Source: Takakia lepidozioides | Lineage: Eukaryota; Plantae; Bryophyta | Assembly (NCBI GenBank): GCA_030704615.1 | Contig: CM060733.1 | Span: forward strand, 31,186,001 to 31,250,000 | Direction: 5' to 3' | DNA length: 64,000 nucleotides | Part shown: one piece after another, positions 47,276 through 59,474 of the stretch | Layout of the letters: every line of letters begins with the position of its first letter | Numbering within the stretch: position 1 is the first letter of the stretch | Translations under genes and position numbers: made by a program | Notes under the pieces: model-generated | Databases searched by the model: none | The model's input: the letters and a program-made list of their open reading frames with translations, nothing else | Told to the model about the DNA's origin: nothing

Positions 47276-50200
47276 TGGGAGTGGATACAACCATGAAAGG
47301 CTAACAAGAAACGCAAGGCCCAGCTACTAGGAGACCTTGAACACACGAGGTTCTGGCTCAAGTTCACAGATTGCAAGACGGCGACTAACGATGGGGCTAC
47401 TCTTGTACCCGGCCTCTTGGTCTATAGAGTTTGAGTACAATAGGGACAGTGATAGAGGACTTAGTACGGCTGTGGCTATTACATCTTGTAGCTATCTGGA
47501 GTTAGAGGGACCTATCCACCAGCTAGGGGGGCGATTGTGGCAGACTACTTTATTGTGCATATATGTGTGGTGTGGTTTGGACAGCGATGTAGTTGTGTAG
47601 CGATACGTATGCGCACGACATTCCTTTTATGCGCGACAAGGGTAATGGTAGAGGTTGGGGCTTCCAGACGGGATTCCAGATTGGCTTTTCTGGGTATACC
47701 TCTACTTCCTCCTTTCCCTCTCTGTTGGGTAAAGGTCTGTTCCATGTGGCTTCTCCTCTTTTATCGTCCGATGCTGAACTTTAGCCAGTTCAGTCGGATC
47801 TACTGGACGTTGATGAACAAATTCACCCCATCAACATGGAGACAGTTAGAAATCAGACTGCCAAGATCTAATCCAGGGGAGCTCTCTTGCATTTTCCTGG
47901 TAGGTCAATGGATCGTAAATGGATGAGAGAGTGGGTTTTTGAGCATTTGGGTGGTGATGGGCAATTGCGACAACTTTTCTGCATCTCCATGGGTAGGGGG
48001 TTTTTTACGGTGATGTTTGAAACGCAAGCTGCTGCTACTTGGGCTCTGTCCTTTAATCCTCACCTGTCTTGCCGCGGGCTTGCCACAAAGTTCATATTTT
48101 TCCGTGGTCCCAAGACTTGGGTCACAAGAATGGTACCTGTTGTAGTTCGCGCATTATCTCCTTGCCCTTTCTGCCTTGTCAATATCCTGCCTCATTACCT
48201 GAGATAGGCACAAGATTTGGGGACTATCTAGGTTGTTTAAGTGTGTTTGATCCAGAGGCCTCCAATTCCATGGTAGCAGAGATGACTGGTTGGGCCCTCT
48301 TTCCAACATCAGCAGAGTTAGGGATGTTTCTGCTCCCAAAATTGTTGTCTTAATGCCGGACTCGGCCATCGTCCCCAAGGCAATCAGGCTCCCCTCTTTG
48401 GTCGCGTCTTTTATCACTGTAGCAGTGTATGAAGAGAAGTTCTCCATACTTGTCACGGATGTAATGGCGTTGGTCATTTTAAGCGGAGTGCCAGTTTTTT
48501 AAACGGAAACGTGACTCTGCTGCTGCCTCGGTTCCCCTGCCTCCGATGGGCTCTCCTCTGCACTCTCCCTCTCCCTCTCCTCCTCTACCCCCAATTCCTC
48601 CCTCTTCCTCTCATGTGCTGACTCTGGCCATCAACCAGCTGGTAATGACCTCCTCTCCCCCTGCATCTAGGTCTCCTCAGGCCTCCAAATGTCAAAGGAC
48701 CCCTGTTAAATATGCAAATCCCCTAGGGTCTCCTCGGATGGGTCTTTGCATTTCTCCCAGTATTGATATTATGGAGAAATCGCTTCTCCCGCTGGTCTTT
48801 TCAATTTCACAGTTCTGGGAATCCACGAGTCCTACCTTTTAGGATAGTTTGGCGTTGCGTTGTCTCAGGCTTCCGTCTTTTAGCGATCTCCAGATAGCTG
48901 CAATGAATGCGTCCTGGAAATGAACAAGTAGGTTGTTGGGAACAAGTAGTCACCATGGATGGAACACTGCCCCTTTGACTATCATTACCGCAGGATTTTG
49001 GGTGGAGGGGGGACGACAGTTGACCGTCGACGTAGCAGGTGGTAGCGGCCACGCGGGTGGGATTTTGCGGCGGGGGGCAATGCAGGGGTTGGAGTCGGGG
49101 GCTTGTGAGGCCCTCCCCAAAATGCCGACGAACACGGGGATGGCTCGAATGAGCTGGCCCTGGCAAATAATGGGAAACCTCGACGTGGCCCGGAAAACGT
49201 CGCCGGATTCAGGCGAAATTCCGGCCACCGATTGCTTGACCTGGAGGAGGCCGGAAATTTCACAAAATCCCACATCCCAAATGCAATTTAGGGAATTTTG
49301 GGGAAATTCTTGGGCAGGCTTGTGTAGTTCTTGGCCTATGAGGGACTGACCGTTGGAATTCCCAAATGAAGGAGAATTTGGGGTCCCAATGGGGCCCATA
49401 TTTCCTTTGCAAATTCTCTTTTTGGACCCCCATTCCAATCACATACAAAGCAGCCCCGCTTTCATTTTGGCAGATTGGGGTGAAATTTGGTGTGAGGGTT
49501 TGGGATTGTGCACTTCACAGGAATATAGCACTTTTTCTCCCAGGAAAATTTGGGATCATGGATAATTTGCTTGGTCAAACATGAACTTTTGCGTTGTTTT
49601 TTCTATTTAAAAAAAAATGCACCGTCTTCAAATGTTATAATCTCCCAAACTACACGGTGGAATCTCCCTAAATTTGGGGGGCTTGTGCATCTTGTAGGTA
49701 GGAAGCAGTTTATACGGTTCATCCACGTGGATGAACGTTGGTGGGCAGGTAGCCGCTGACGTGTGAGGGTGGGTCCCGGAATTGTCCAAAAATCCAAAAA
49801 CACCTCTCGTCCTTTAGGGGTTAATCCTCAACAAAAGAAAGATTGAAAGTGGCCAGCTTGCACCTCTGGTTCGGATAGAGCCCATTCCTGAAAGGGGGCA
49901 GTACCTGTAAAGGGAAAAGGCTCTTATGAGGTAGTGGATATGTAGAATGTCGGGGCATAACCTTGCTAGACAACGACATGGGATATCGAGACATGCAGGG
50001 TAGGAGTCATGGAGGTATTGTGTGGTCGGGTGGTCTACCTTGAAACGTACTTGCATTGTTACATACATTGTTAACGATTACAGTTCTTCGCGTTATCCGT
50101 CACGGTTCGCCTTGTGTTTGGGCCTTATGGCAGCCTATGGACTTTAAGGGTTTTAATTTGTTTCCCTTCAATGATCTTAATAAAGTTTATCCAGGGCCAC

Positions 50201-52098
50201 TGTCCCTGTGCACTTAAAATAAAATAAAAATTGTGACGCCTTGGGGGTTCAGGGTTCAAACCCGCTTCCTTGCCTCATTTGTGGATTGTTCGTGACGGTA
50301 TGGCTGGGCGTTGTTCGTCTTGGAGGTCTCATGGCCCATAAATGAAAAGGGATTACTTTCCCCCCCTCCTCAAGTGCCTGAATTTTCCTCTACTTTCCAA
50401 AAAATAAAAATCATAAAAAAATCCGGACAGCCGCACAATAGGGAAAGAAAAATATGGACTGCCAAAATTGGGACCGCCAGGCGGCAGTCAGCCATATGTT
50501 TTCCTTTTTATTTGTATATGTAGAAATAGCCACCCTTCCATCTACAATTTTCTTTGTCGAGGCTCAGTTTCCACTTGAGCAGGTGGCGCAGTTGTTCTGT
50601 ATTTATGCCTTGACTGTGCATAATCTGAGGGATGCTGGGTTCAATCGTTCAATCCTTGAACATGTGCCTTCAACCGGGCATTGGCTGGTCGATGGGCTGT
50701 CTGTTGAGCAGTAGGCTCTGCCAACATATGAAAGTATTTTTCACCCCCCCCTTAAACAAGTACAGAGGACCCTAAAAGAAAATGTTGTTTAGCTTGCACA
50801 ATCCTGCGCTATGATACCATACCAGATTTTGTATGGGTGAGGCAGAAGCCAAAAAACTGAAGCCTTCACTCAAAAAAGCTTCTTCAAAGCTCAAATTACA
50901 CACTTTGTCAAATCCAAAAACTACAAACTAAAACCCTACTAAAACAGTAAAATCTCTCCATTCAAGGTAAAGAGTAGACAACCTTCAACCCACAAGAAGC
51001 TATCACCATATCTCACTCTCACTCTCACTCTTTCATGAATCCAACAACAAAACAGGCAGAAAGGACAACAGGAAGGCAACTCTGTTTTATCTTCCCATCA
51101 AGAATTTCTGCCTCCTGCCCAATGACTAAGTAGCCAACTTATCAAATTGTGTCAAAAGCCCACACCCTAAACATTCTAACCCTTCAATCCTGGAATAGTT
51201 ACTGGCCTTCATTTAAGTTCATCCTGCTGTATTTTCTCTCTCATCAATACTACAAACATTTTAAGTTCCTCCTTCCTCCCATTTTCTCAACATCAGATTC
51301 AACCAGCACAGAAAAAGCTAAAACACATGGAATACCACTTGTTAGGCTTCCTTCTACAGATGGAAGAAATTTTGTGCAACAACTTTCCTGATCAATGCAA
51401 GATATGGACACTGCTTGCGTCCAACAACCCACCTCCTTGATGCTGCTGCTGAGATGGCTCGAGTAAATTGGTAGCTTAAGTCTCCCCTTCTCATGCTGGA
51501 GGAGATACCCAGCAGAAAAGCCCTTCAGTGGTTTTCCTCTCAATCTTTGCAAAGACCTAAGCTTGTAAAATCAAAACTGCTTCCTGCTTCCACCTATACT
51601 TTTAACAAGGCTGCATTTCTTTACAGTTTACAACAATTGCAGTTCAAATCCAGGAAATTCACTTTACCCAATGTCCCAAATGGATCCTGTCTTCACCAAC
51701 AGACCTAACTAAGGACAGCAAAGACGTACTTGACCATGACTCTGAGCAAATACTTGTGCCTATTGCTTAGTGCATGCCAAGACAAGTCTAGTGTGCAGTG
51801 CGTGCCCCTACCTGCTAACACCCAAATGGCAGGTGATCACTTCCTATCTGCTACCATGGTGAACACATTCTTTATCCCCAATCTCTTTTTGTTGGGTGGC
51901 TATTGCATTGTGACTGCTGGAACCAATTGCTACAACCGATGGAGACCTCCCAATCTCTGTTTAGTCAGCGTTGCGGGATTGCTGGCCCATGAATACCTCC
52001 CCAAATGCTGTGAAGAATGGACATCGTTTTCAGTCCAATCCCTCAGTGGTGGGTGGTAAAGGGTCAATGCCTAATTGCAATGACCAATTACATCTTCC

Positions 52099-53175
52099 TT
52101 ATCTGCAAATCTTCTCTCTTGGCAGGTCAAGGATCATTGACCAGTTGGTATTACTGGATGCACTTTCTTCACGTGCAACCACTTTACCTTTGTCAATCTC
52201 CCCCTCAGCAGCCCCTCCCTGTTCTGGGATCAGAGGCTCCTTTGAGAATCTGGCTATGGTGACCCCAATACAGGTATCAATGAAGTCCTTTTCAACGAAA
52301 TCCTCCACAAAAACCTGCAGCCGGTCTCCAAGTCCTTGCCTAAAAGCTTCAGACACAAACAAGCGGGCATAACCCCGGATCCGATTAGTGACTGGATACA
52401 CACACATCACGGGGCCGCTTACTTGGGGAGTGGCTGTGTTTTCGACACGGTAAAAGTAGCTTCTTTTGTCATTGGGTGGCTGCTTCCCGAGGTTGTCCAG
52501 GTTGCAATTGAACTTGGTGAGAGGAAGATCTGTATCCATCCAATCATCTTTCAAGTATGCAGAGCTCCATAGGGGGCTGCCTGGGGAAGGGACTGGTGCC
52601 TTTCGGGGTTTCCACACACAGAAGATTCTCTTAGGGAGCAGTTCCAACAAGGGTTTGTCAAACATTTTCTCATCTTGCAGGATCAGATAGTCCCCAAGCT
52701 GCTCAATAAGCCATTGATCAAAGTTCGGCGGGTCCAAATGCTGGCACCCTGTTCGAATCTCGAGAATAAGGAACTCAAATTTTGTTTCTGCCAAAAACTT
52801 CTTGATATCATTCACCACCACACCCACCTGGTAGCTGGTTAAAGGGCCGTGACACACTTTTCTGTTCTCCTGCACGCGAATGTCCAGCACCCGAGCCCCC
52901 TTCACAAGCTGTTGATAAATTGAAAGCTTCTGGCATTGCGCAAATGGCCTGGAAATGCCAGGAAAGCCCATCCTGTTGGTGGCAGAATCATGTGTGCCCG
53001 GCCACACTAAGTCCCGCACCTTCATTTTATCTAACTGCAGCGTGGCCATCCATTCCTTGTGATTTGGGTGCTGGTAATTGGATCCTGGAAAGTTGGTGCC
53101 CTGTGCCTGCTCCCTCATTTTCAGCTGCTTCTCCTCTGCTATCACACTTTTCTGTTTTGCAATCTGGCCCCCCAT
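52099..53175 (-). CDS. PI-PLC X-domain / PLC-like phosphodiesterase
   Basis: Intact 358-aa ORF with VWPGTHDSAT, AQCQKLSIYQQLVKGARVLDIRV, VCHG and YRVENTATPQ motifs. Confidence 0.92.
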   Translation of the reverse strand: MGGQIAKQKSVIAEEKQLKMREQAQGTNFPGSNYQHPNHKEWMATLQLDKMKVRDLVWPGTHDSATNRMGFPGISRPFAQCQKLSIYQQLVKGARVLDIRVQENRKVCHGPLTSYQVGVVVNDIKKFLAETKFEFLILEIRTGCQHLDPPNFDQWLIEQLGDYLILQDEKMFDKPLLELLPKRIFCVWKPRKAPVPSPGSPLWSSAYLKDDWMDTDLPLTKFNCNLDNLGKQPPNDKRSYFYRVENTATPQVSGPVMCVYPVTNRIRGYARLFVSEAFRQGLGDRLQVFVEDFVEKDFIDTCIGVTIARFSKEPLIPEQGGAAEGEIDKGKVVAREESASSNTNWSMILDLPREKICR

Positions 53176-54038
53176 GCTTGTAATCTACCACTGGTGCAAT
53201 GGAAACAAAGGCAAATAATTACGAATCCTATCTTTAACCCATATTTCTCTGCAACTCTGATTCCTGCGCAGAAGCACAAGCCCTGAGCTGGCAATGAAAC
53301 CTCTCTCTCTCCCTCTCTCTCTCTCTCTGCAGACAAGGACAGATGCCCAGCCTAACCAAGGACAAATTGAAATGTTACGCTAGATTCAGGTATATAGTAA
53401 ATGTCAACATTCAACAAGACTACAGAAGTCGAGATGAAATTGAACATCACAAAAGTACAGCATCTCAATGATCGACATAGAGACGCTCACGCAGACCTTT
53501 GACATGCAACGCAGAGTTGTTCGCGTGAGGGCACGCAGAAACAAGCCACACTGCCCCTGGGACCACACGATTACCCAACCCCCCACACACCTTTCCAATC
53601 TCCCTCTTCCGTCGTGGTTTTGAACTTCGAAGAAGAAAACTGCAAGTTCTGTAAGAGAGGATGGGTTTCTCTCATGCCACAGATCCAGTCTCGTTACAGG
53701 AGCAGCGAGACGGTTTGACGTGCGTGGACGTCTATAAACGGCCGACGCTCACGTTTGCATGGTGCCGGAGCTGCTCCGGCACGTCCGGTTGTCTTCCCTA
53801 CAGCCGCCAGAAACCCTCCGACGTTGGAGGGCATTGTAAACAAGCCTGGAGCAGGTGCAGGCAGAAGAGAGAAATTCAACAGCCTGGTGCTACCGCCCAC
53901 AAGGCATGGTGGCATACAATTGTGAGAGAGAGGAGTTGTTGGGAGAGAGATGATGTCGTGAGTGAGTAGGCAGCTGGGGAGGCACATGAAAAAGTGGGTA
54001 AGGCATAGAAGAAGGCAGGGCCAAGGGAATTTCCTGCT

Positions 54039-54707
54039 ATGAGTCAATTCTGGCGTCGTCCTGCCGCCTGCTCGTCACTGTTGCGGTCTGCTCATCACAT
54101 CGCAGCACGTCCGCTTCACTTTCTCTCTCATGATGCTGCAAGCATCTCCTCCAAGCCCTCGGCTTGGGAACCCACTTCCTTTTTCCAGTCTTTCCCAGTG
54201 TCCAAGGTTGGCGCCTCGAGGGCACTGGGTACTACTGCAGCCGCCAGCGAACCTGACTATGATCCCACAGAGGCAAGGACCCCGCCCTCGGAGAAGATCC
54301 ACAAGCTGGTTGATGAGATTTCAAGCCTCACTCTACTGGAAGTTTCGGATCTCACGACACTCTTGAAGAAGAAATTGGGGTTGCCGGCTGGAATGGGAAT
54401 GATGCCTATGGGCATGGGAATGATGCCTGGGATGGCTGGCACGACTGCTGCTGGGGCTGCAGCCCAGGCTGCCGAGGAGGTGAAACCAGAGAAAACAGCC
54501 TTTGATGTGAAGTTGGAGAAATTTGAGGCAGCCTCAAAGATTAAGATCATTAAAGAGGTGCGAACGTTCACAGCGCTCGGGCTTAAAGAAGCGAAAGAGC
54601 TCGTAGAGAAGACCCCCGCTTTATTAAAGCAAGGAGTGAGCAAGGAAGAGGCGGAGCAAATCATCGAGAAGCTGAAGGCTGTGGGAGGGACGGCAATCAT
54701 GGAGTGA
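54039..54707 (+). CDS. RPL12: Organellar (probably mitochondrial) ribosomal protein L7/L12
   Basis: Intact 222-aa ORF with a transit-like N-terminus, LTLLEVSDL and EKTAFDVKL...KIKIIKEVR...[14 protein letters not shown]...KEEAE. Confidence 0.95.
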   Translation: MSQFWRRPAACSSLLRSAHHIAARPLHFLSHDAASISSKPSAWEPTSFFQSFPVSKVGASRALGTTAAASEPDYDPTEARTPPSEKIHKLVDEISSLTLLEVSDLTTLLKKKLGLPAGMGMMPMGMGMMPGMAGTTAAGAAAQAAEEVKPEKTAFDVKLEKFEAASKIKIIKEVRTFTALGLKEAKELVEKTPALLKQGVSKEEAEQIIEKLKAVGGTAIME

Positions 54708-57161
54708 GCTCTTCTTTTAGTGGTAGTCGCTGCGCACAAACCTTCGTAAGCTCGCCAGTCTTTTACACCCTGCTGCTATGTCCTATTATTCTCAGCTAGT
54801 CTTCGGTTCCGTCCTTCTTCCTTTTTGTCTGCATTCTGTCTTTCGACCCTCTTGTCATCACTGTTGTTGATCTAGTTCCGTCTCTGTGTTAGTGGCCAAC
54901 AAGTTCATGTCCAGCCGCTCTCCAGCCCTGTCATTTCTGGTCGGGTTATCATTTGTCGGATGGGATTACTTGGACATCAAGGAACTCATCGAGGCAATCG
55001 GAATCTTCAAAAGCTACAAAGGAGCTGAGTAGGGAAATGTAGCAGGCCGTTGGTAGGGTTTATGAGGTGGAGAGGTTTGCAAGTATGGTTTTGTGGAAAG
55101 ACAGAATAGAGCAAACTCAGGATATTGCACATGGCAGACGAAGTGTAAATGCCTGCCTGTTGTAGAGCTGCTTGATGTTTTGGAAGTCAATTTGCCGAGG
55201 GTTGTTTTAAAAGACATGCTCATATTCTGATCCATGCCATTGTATGGATTATGCCGCAAATGTATAGTGACAAATTTCTCCTGGCATTTGGTCCTCACTG
55301 CCCTAATGCGTGAGTGGTAGGGCATCATTATATCCCCAGAAACTCTCTTTTTCATGGTGAACTCTGCCACCAATTCTGAGGCCTGAGAATGCAGGATACA
55401 CAAGCAAGCTCTTTGAGGTAATGAGACAGTGGCGTACCCTGGAGAGTACTTGGGTCAATGTGGAACCTGCCCAACTCCAAAAATCCTTGCCCAAGGTAAC
55501 AGTCGTTGTCGTATGAGGGTTTTAGCAGGGTATAAGCAGGGGTTTAGCAGGAATCTGCTGTCTGGCCCAAAGGAGGCATAGCGATGCAACAGCTGAGCTT
55601 GCAGCATCAACATCTGTACCGTACCCTCCAGCACTAGCAAAATGATGACCAATTGCTGCTTCAGTCAGAGTTCAGATTACTATAGCCAGCAGATTAAGCC
55701 CAGGAAACTTGTAGGCTGTATATGACTGGGAGTTTGATGTTCGTTCGCGATTGAAGATTTGACAAATTCACTATGAAGGACAAAAAGAGAGAATTGAAGA
55801 AACTTGTATTAGGCATTCATTCCTCACATTTGTAGGTAATGATTACCAAGATTTGGAATCCATTGAGAAATGGAAGTGTCTCTGTTTCATTTCACCACAA
55901 TCTATCTGATCCCCAACTGTTACCATTCCTTAAGTTTTGTTGATTAATCACATCTGTGAGCTTGAAGAGAGAAAATCTGGCTGAAGCCAGTGTAACTAAC
56001 AGCCACTTCACCTTGCCTTTTCTCAGAGGTGGGTTCTATGGATCTCTCTATAGTTGTGTGGAAACATGTGGGCACATCTAATCGATGAAATATCCTATCG
56101 ATATGGCAACATGGCAACCTATCACAGCTGATCTGCAAGCCAGACATTCTTTGTTCCATTACCACTTTGGACACCTAGATACTCAAAAGGCTTTCATTTG
56201 GTTGGACTTGAGGATTGAAGCAGGTGTTGCGAGTGCCTTGCGAGAGGAGCTGGCATGCTGGCATGCAGTCTTTGTTGAAGAGTGGAACATGTGACACTCT
56301 CAACATGTTCCCAGTCATACCATTCTTCTCCCAAAGGTTCTCTCTGTATGTTTGGACCCTATACTTGCAACAAAAACTTGATGGACTTCTGCAGCTCAAA
56401 ATAAACAATTACACAGAATCTCACAGCCATGCGGCACAGAAAGCAAATGACTGTCAAGTCAGCTCTTTGTCCTACATATTATATAACACTTGAATAATGG
56501 CCATCATCCGATCTTTAAATTTTGATGAACTTCCGCAGTAAATCAACAATTACACAGAATCTTACAGCAATGCTGCACAGACAGTATATTACACAAGCCT
56601 TGAATAATTGCCTGCATGCAGTGTGTTAAGTACATCGAACACCATGTAGATTTCCGTATTGGCGGTCACGCCCTCAGGATAAGAGTTGTATGTCAATCTG
56701 GGGCAATTCCCTAGTTTTGTCTCTTCCAAAGGTGAGAAAGCCAATTCCAGTCCTAGGTTTAAGCCACAGGAGAACCCTCGAGGCAATCCACAACCCACTT
56801 GGAGAGGGAAGCGAAAGCGAAAACCAGAAAACTAAAGGAATGATGTGACGCAATGGCTCGAACTGATCACCGTCCTCCCCCTTGGCTCTAGCCGGCTTCA
56901 TGTTGACATAGTACACTTCCTTGACCACAACCAACTGGCAAGCCCTAACTATTGTGGAGAGCTTCACCTAGCTGCTGGGAGAGCAATCTCTCTGAGAGCA
57001 GTTTCTTCACGACAGCCCCAATATAAAGCAGAGCATTTCAACTTTACAAATGCGTTGTAATACAGGGCAGAAGTTTCGAAATTGTGAACTTCTCTGGCAT
57101 ACTTGAGTTGCCCAAAGCAGTGTCAGAAAGAGTTGGATTCTCTCCATCCAGGGCAGCCATC

Positions 57162-59474
57162 TCATTCGGCGTATACTGGCATTGTATCAAGTAAACTCTC
57201 AGACACGGTGGGAGACTTTAACTGGAGGTTATCGGCTTCCTCCTCCACCCATCGATGGTAATCTAGGATGAGGTGGTCCACAAAAAGCATGACAAGCCGG
57301 TCCAGCATAGTTTTCATAATTCTGCAAACAAAAACACAAAAGGTGCAGAGTATCCAATAAGCACATGCTCTTACATCATTTCATCGGAAGTAGTCCCACA
57401 GTCTGGAGTGAATCAAAGCGTGGTCTTCTTAGCTCTTACCTTCCCAAGGATGGCTGTCACTAGTCACAACTGAGGGTAATCCTGAGTGACTTAAGCCAAT
57501 TGATTTGAGGATTGAATATGCCTTAGCAAGCACACAGAGAGAGTGTGAGAGATACACTTATTGACCAGTCCTAGAGGGCCTAGTCCTTGGCAGATGCCAA
57601 TCCTTCTGAGGCCAGTTATGGGTTTACTACAAGGTGTGAATTGGTTCTGCAGTAGAGCATACAATGCTAACCAGTTACAGGCCATTGATTTTGTTGACGG
57701 CTGGAAATGACGTTGTCCTCAAAGGCATAATGAACAGGCGAGAAAGGGGTTTGATGCTGAGACTGGTCTTCATAAATCCCTCATATCTAGCAGACAACCT
57801 AGATGCCCAATCAAAACTGCTCATTTGAGAATTTGTATGTTCTTGTTGGAGACTTTCAGCAAAGACATGGTAAACCAAATGAAAACATGATTGGTTGCTC
57901 TTACGCGTTGCCAGGTGTCTCCACAGCCGAGAGAGGCAACAGTGTGAATGGGAGGGTATAGACCTGCCAACCAAGAAGTCCATGACGGCCATGAATAATG
58001 TTCCTACTCCTCCCTAACCCTCTTTTGAACACCTCTGTCTCAGGCCGTTCAAAACAAAAACAAACAATGAGTCCAGTGTCTCTCAACCCAGTATGCACAA
58101 TCCTTTTGAGGCCTCGGCTACCCGTACACTCTACACAATTTATTTTGGGCCCTCTGAAAAAAGCAGTTGAGAAAATTGGACTTGTAATATGAAATGTGAA
58201 GCCTACCCGGTAGCTGAAGGTGTCCTTCTAAGATATTTGAATTTTAATGGAAAAATGGTGAGGCTTATAACAAGTACAAGATCCGTTGAAGCTTGATCCA
58301 TGCAAACATCTACAATCAGCTCTAATTTGGGCCCTCTTGGAAGAACTTGAGGGGCTGACTACCATAGGACAAACATTGCTTTCTGGTAAGAATATCAACC
58401 TACTCAAAACTTCATCTGACCAAGTATGGCTAGCAGACTTCACCTCCAAGGATATATTGAGCTCCACGTTCACGTCCAACAAAGGCTCTCCCTCAAGGCT
58501 GGACTGCCATGTCAGATGATTCTTTAAACTGGCTGCAACCAAGACACCTCAACTTAGAGCTCCCCATATGTAGTTGCCCAAACCACGTATTCCCTAGGCA
58601 GCTTTGGACCTTCTCCCACAACCAGATCATTGTTGCCCATTGGGGCCTGAGGGGAGCTTGGCAATGAAACTACTGACCAAACAAAGTTGGATGCACAAAA
58701 AACAGGAATTAAAATTTGTATTGAGACCACGGGTGATCCACAAAACAACTTGCATCAAAGCTTAGATCATCTCATAAAGAGGGATTAGACACAAGGGGTG
58801 TACCAGAGAAACGGTTATTCTGGGCCTCCACAGCTTCTGAGCCTACAAACTGCAAAACAGTGACACCATCAATATGCCTTTTTCAACAGGGCTGATGGGA
58901 AGAAATGATGTCTGCTGGATACATTGTTGCCTTCAATAACACCAAAACAGGGATCAGTGGTACCAATTCGTTGTCCACATGCCAGATGTTACAGACTCGG
59001 TGAGTTCCATCTTTATTTGCTGCCATGTAAGTTGTAGTTATTAATTAGTAGATTGCATCTAATAAGTGGAGATATGCTTGTCAAACTAAGCAGCAAGGAC
59101 CCTGGGTGGTTGCAAAGGATGCTGGGGCACACCTTACAGGAAAGCATCTCCACCCGGCAATCACTTTCGCTGGCAGAGACAAACAGGTCGACTACGGGGG
59201 CCACCTCAAAGTTCAATAAAGCCACTTTGGGCAAGTAGCACCTGAAAACATTTGCACCAACATACTCAAAGTGTTGCAGCGCCTTCGTGTTAAGCATTGA
59301 CTGCAACCCTGCCGGCTGCTGAAGGAAAGTGCTCAGTGGTTGCGGCGTTCCAGATGAATCCGTCAATGTTGGAAGGCGTAATGTTTGCCGCTGTTTCACA
59401 TGCAAATTCGCAGTTCGATTTGGAGAAGCCGCTGCTGTTACCAATCCCTGCGGTCGATCCATATGTCTTGCCAT
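57162..59474 (-). CDS. DUF1997 family protein, 5 recognisable coding exons
   Basis: Exons 59474-59133, 58849-58804, 58532-58444, 57963-57905 and 57321-57162, all GT-AG and in frame (...FRCYLPKVALLNFEVAPVVDL...MLSCK/FVGSEAVEAQNNRFS/ASLKNHLTW.../VYTLPFTLLPLSAVETPGNA/IMKTMLDRLV...). Further 5' exons are possible. Confidence 0.88.

Larger units (their letters stand above)
36594..47620 (+). mobile_element. Full-length Ty3/Gypsy-type retroelement without visible LTRs, encoding gag-PR-DNMT-RT-RH-IN-PHD
   Basis: TGTC...GACA ends, 4-bp TSD TTCC (36590-93 and 47621-24), the same termini recurring in other copies, and a full pol domain set. Confidence 0.9.
36538..48207 (+). pseudogene. Degenerate LINE (L1-type) ORF1 interrupted by the 11-kb element
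   Basis: The ATG 36538 frame rejoins in frame after the TSD (...RALLP-FMRDKG...). Downstream MREWVFEHLG...MGRGFFTVMFETQAAATWAL is DUF4283-like. An A-rich 3' end lies at about 50215-50230. Confidence 0.6.

Noticed and set aside
47537-47620. Very short 3' LTR starting TGTGG after the PPT-like tract
   Set aside because: No matching copy seen at or near the 5' end of this or any other copy.
53175-54039. Head-to-head PI-PLC / RPL12 arrangement
   Set aside because: Common compact plant gene layout; no specific regulatory site can be supported.
54900-57000. Short ORFs between RPL12 and the DUF1997 gene
   Set aside because: No recognisable motifs; likely UTR or intergenic sequence.
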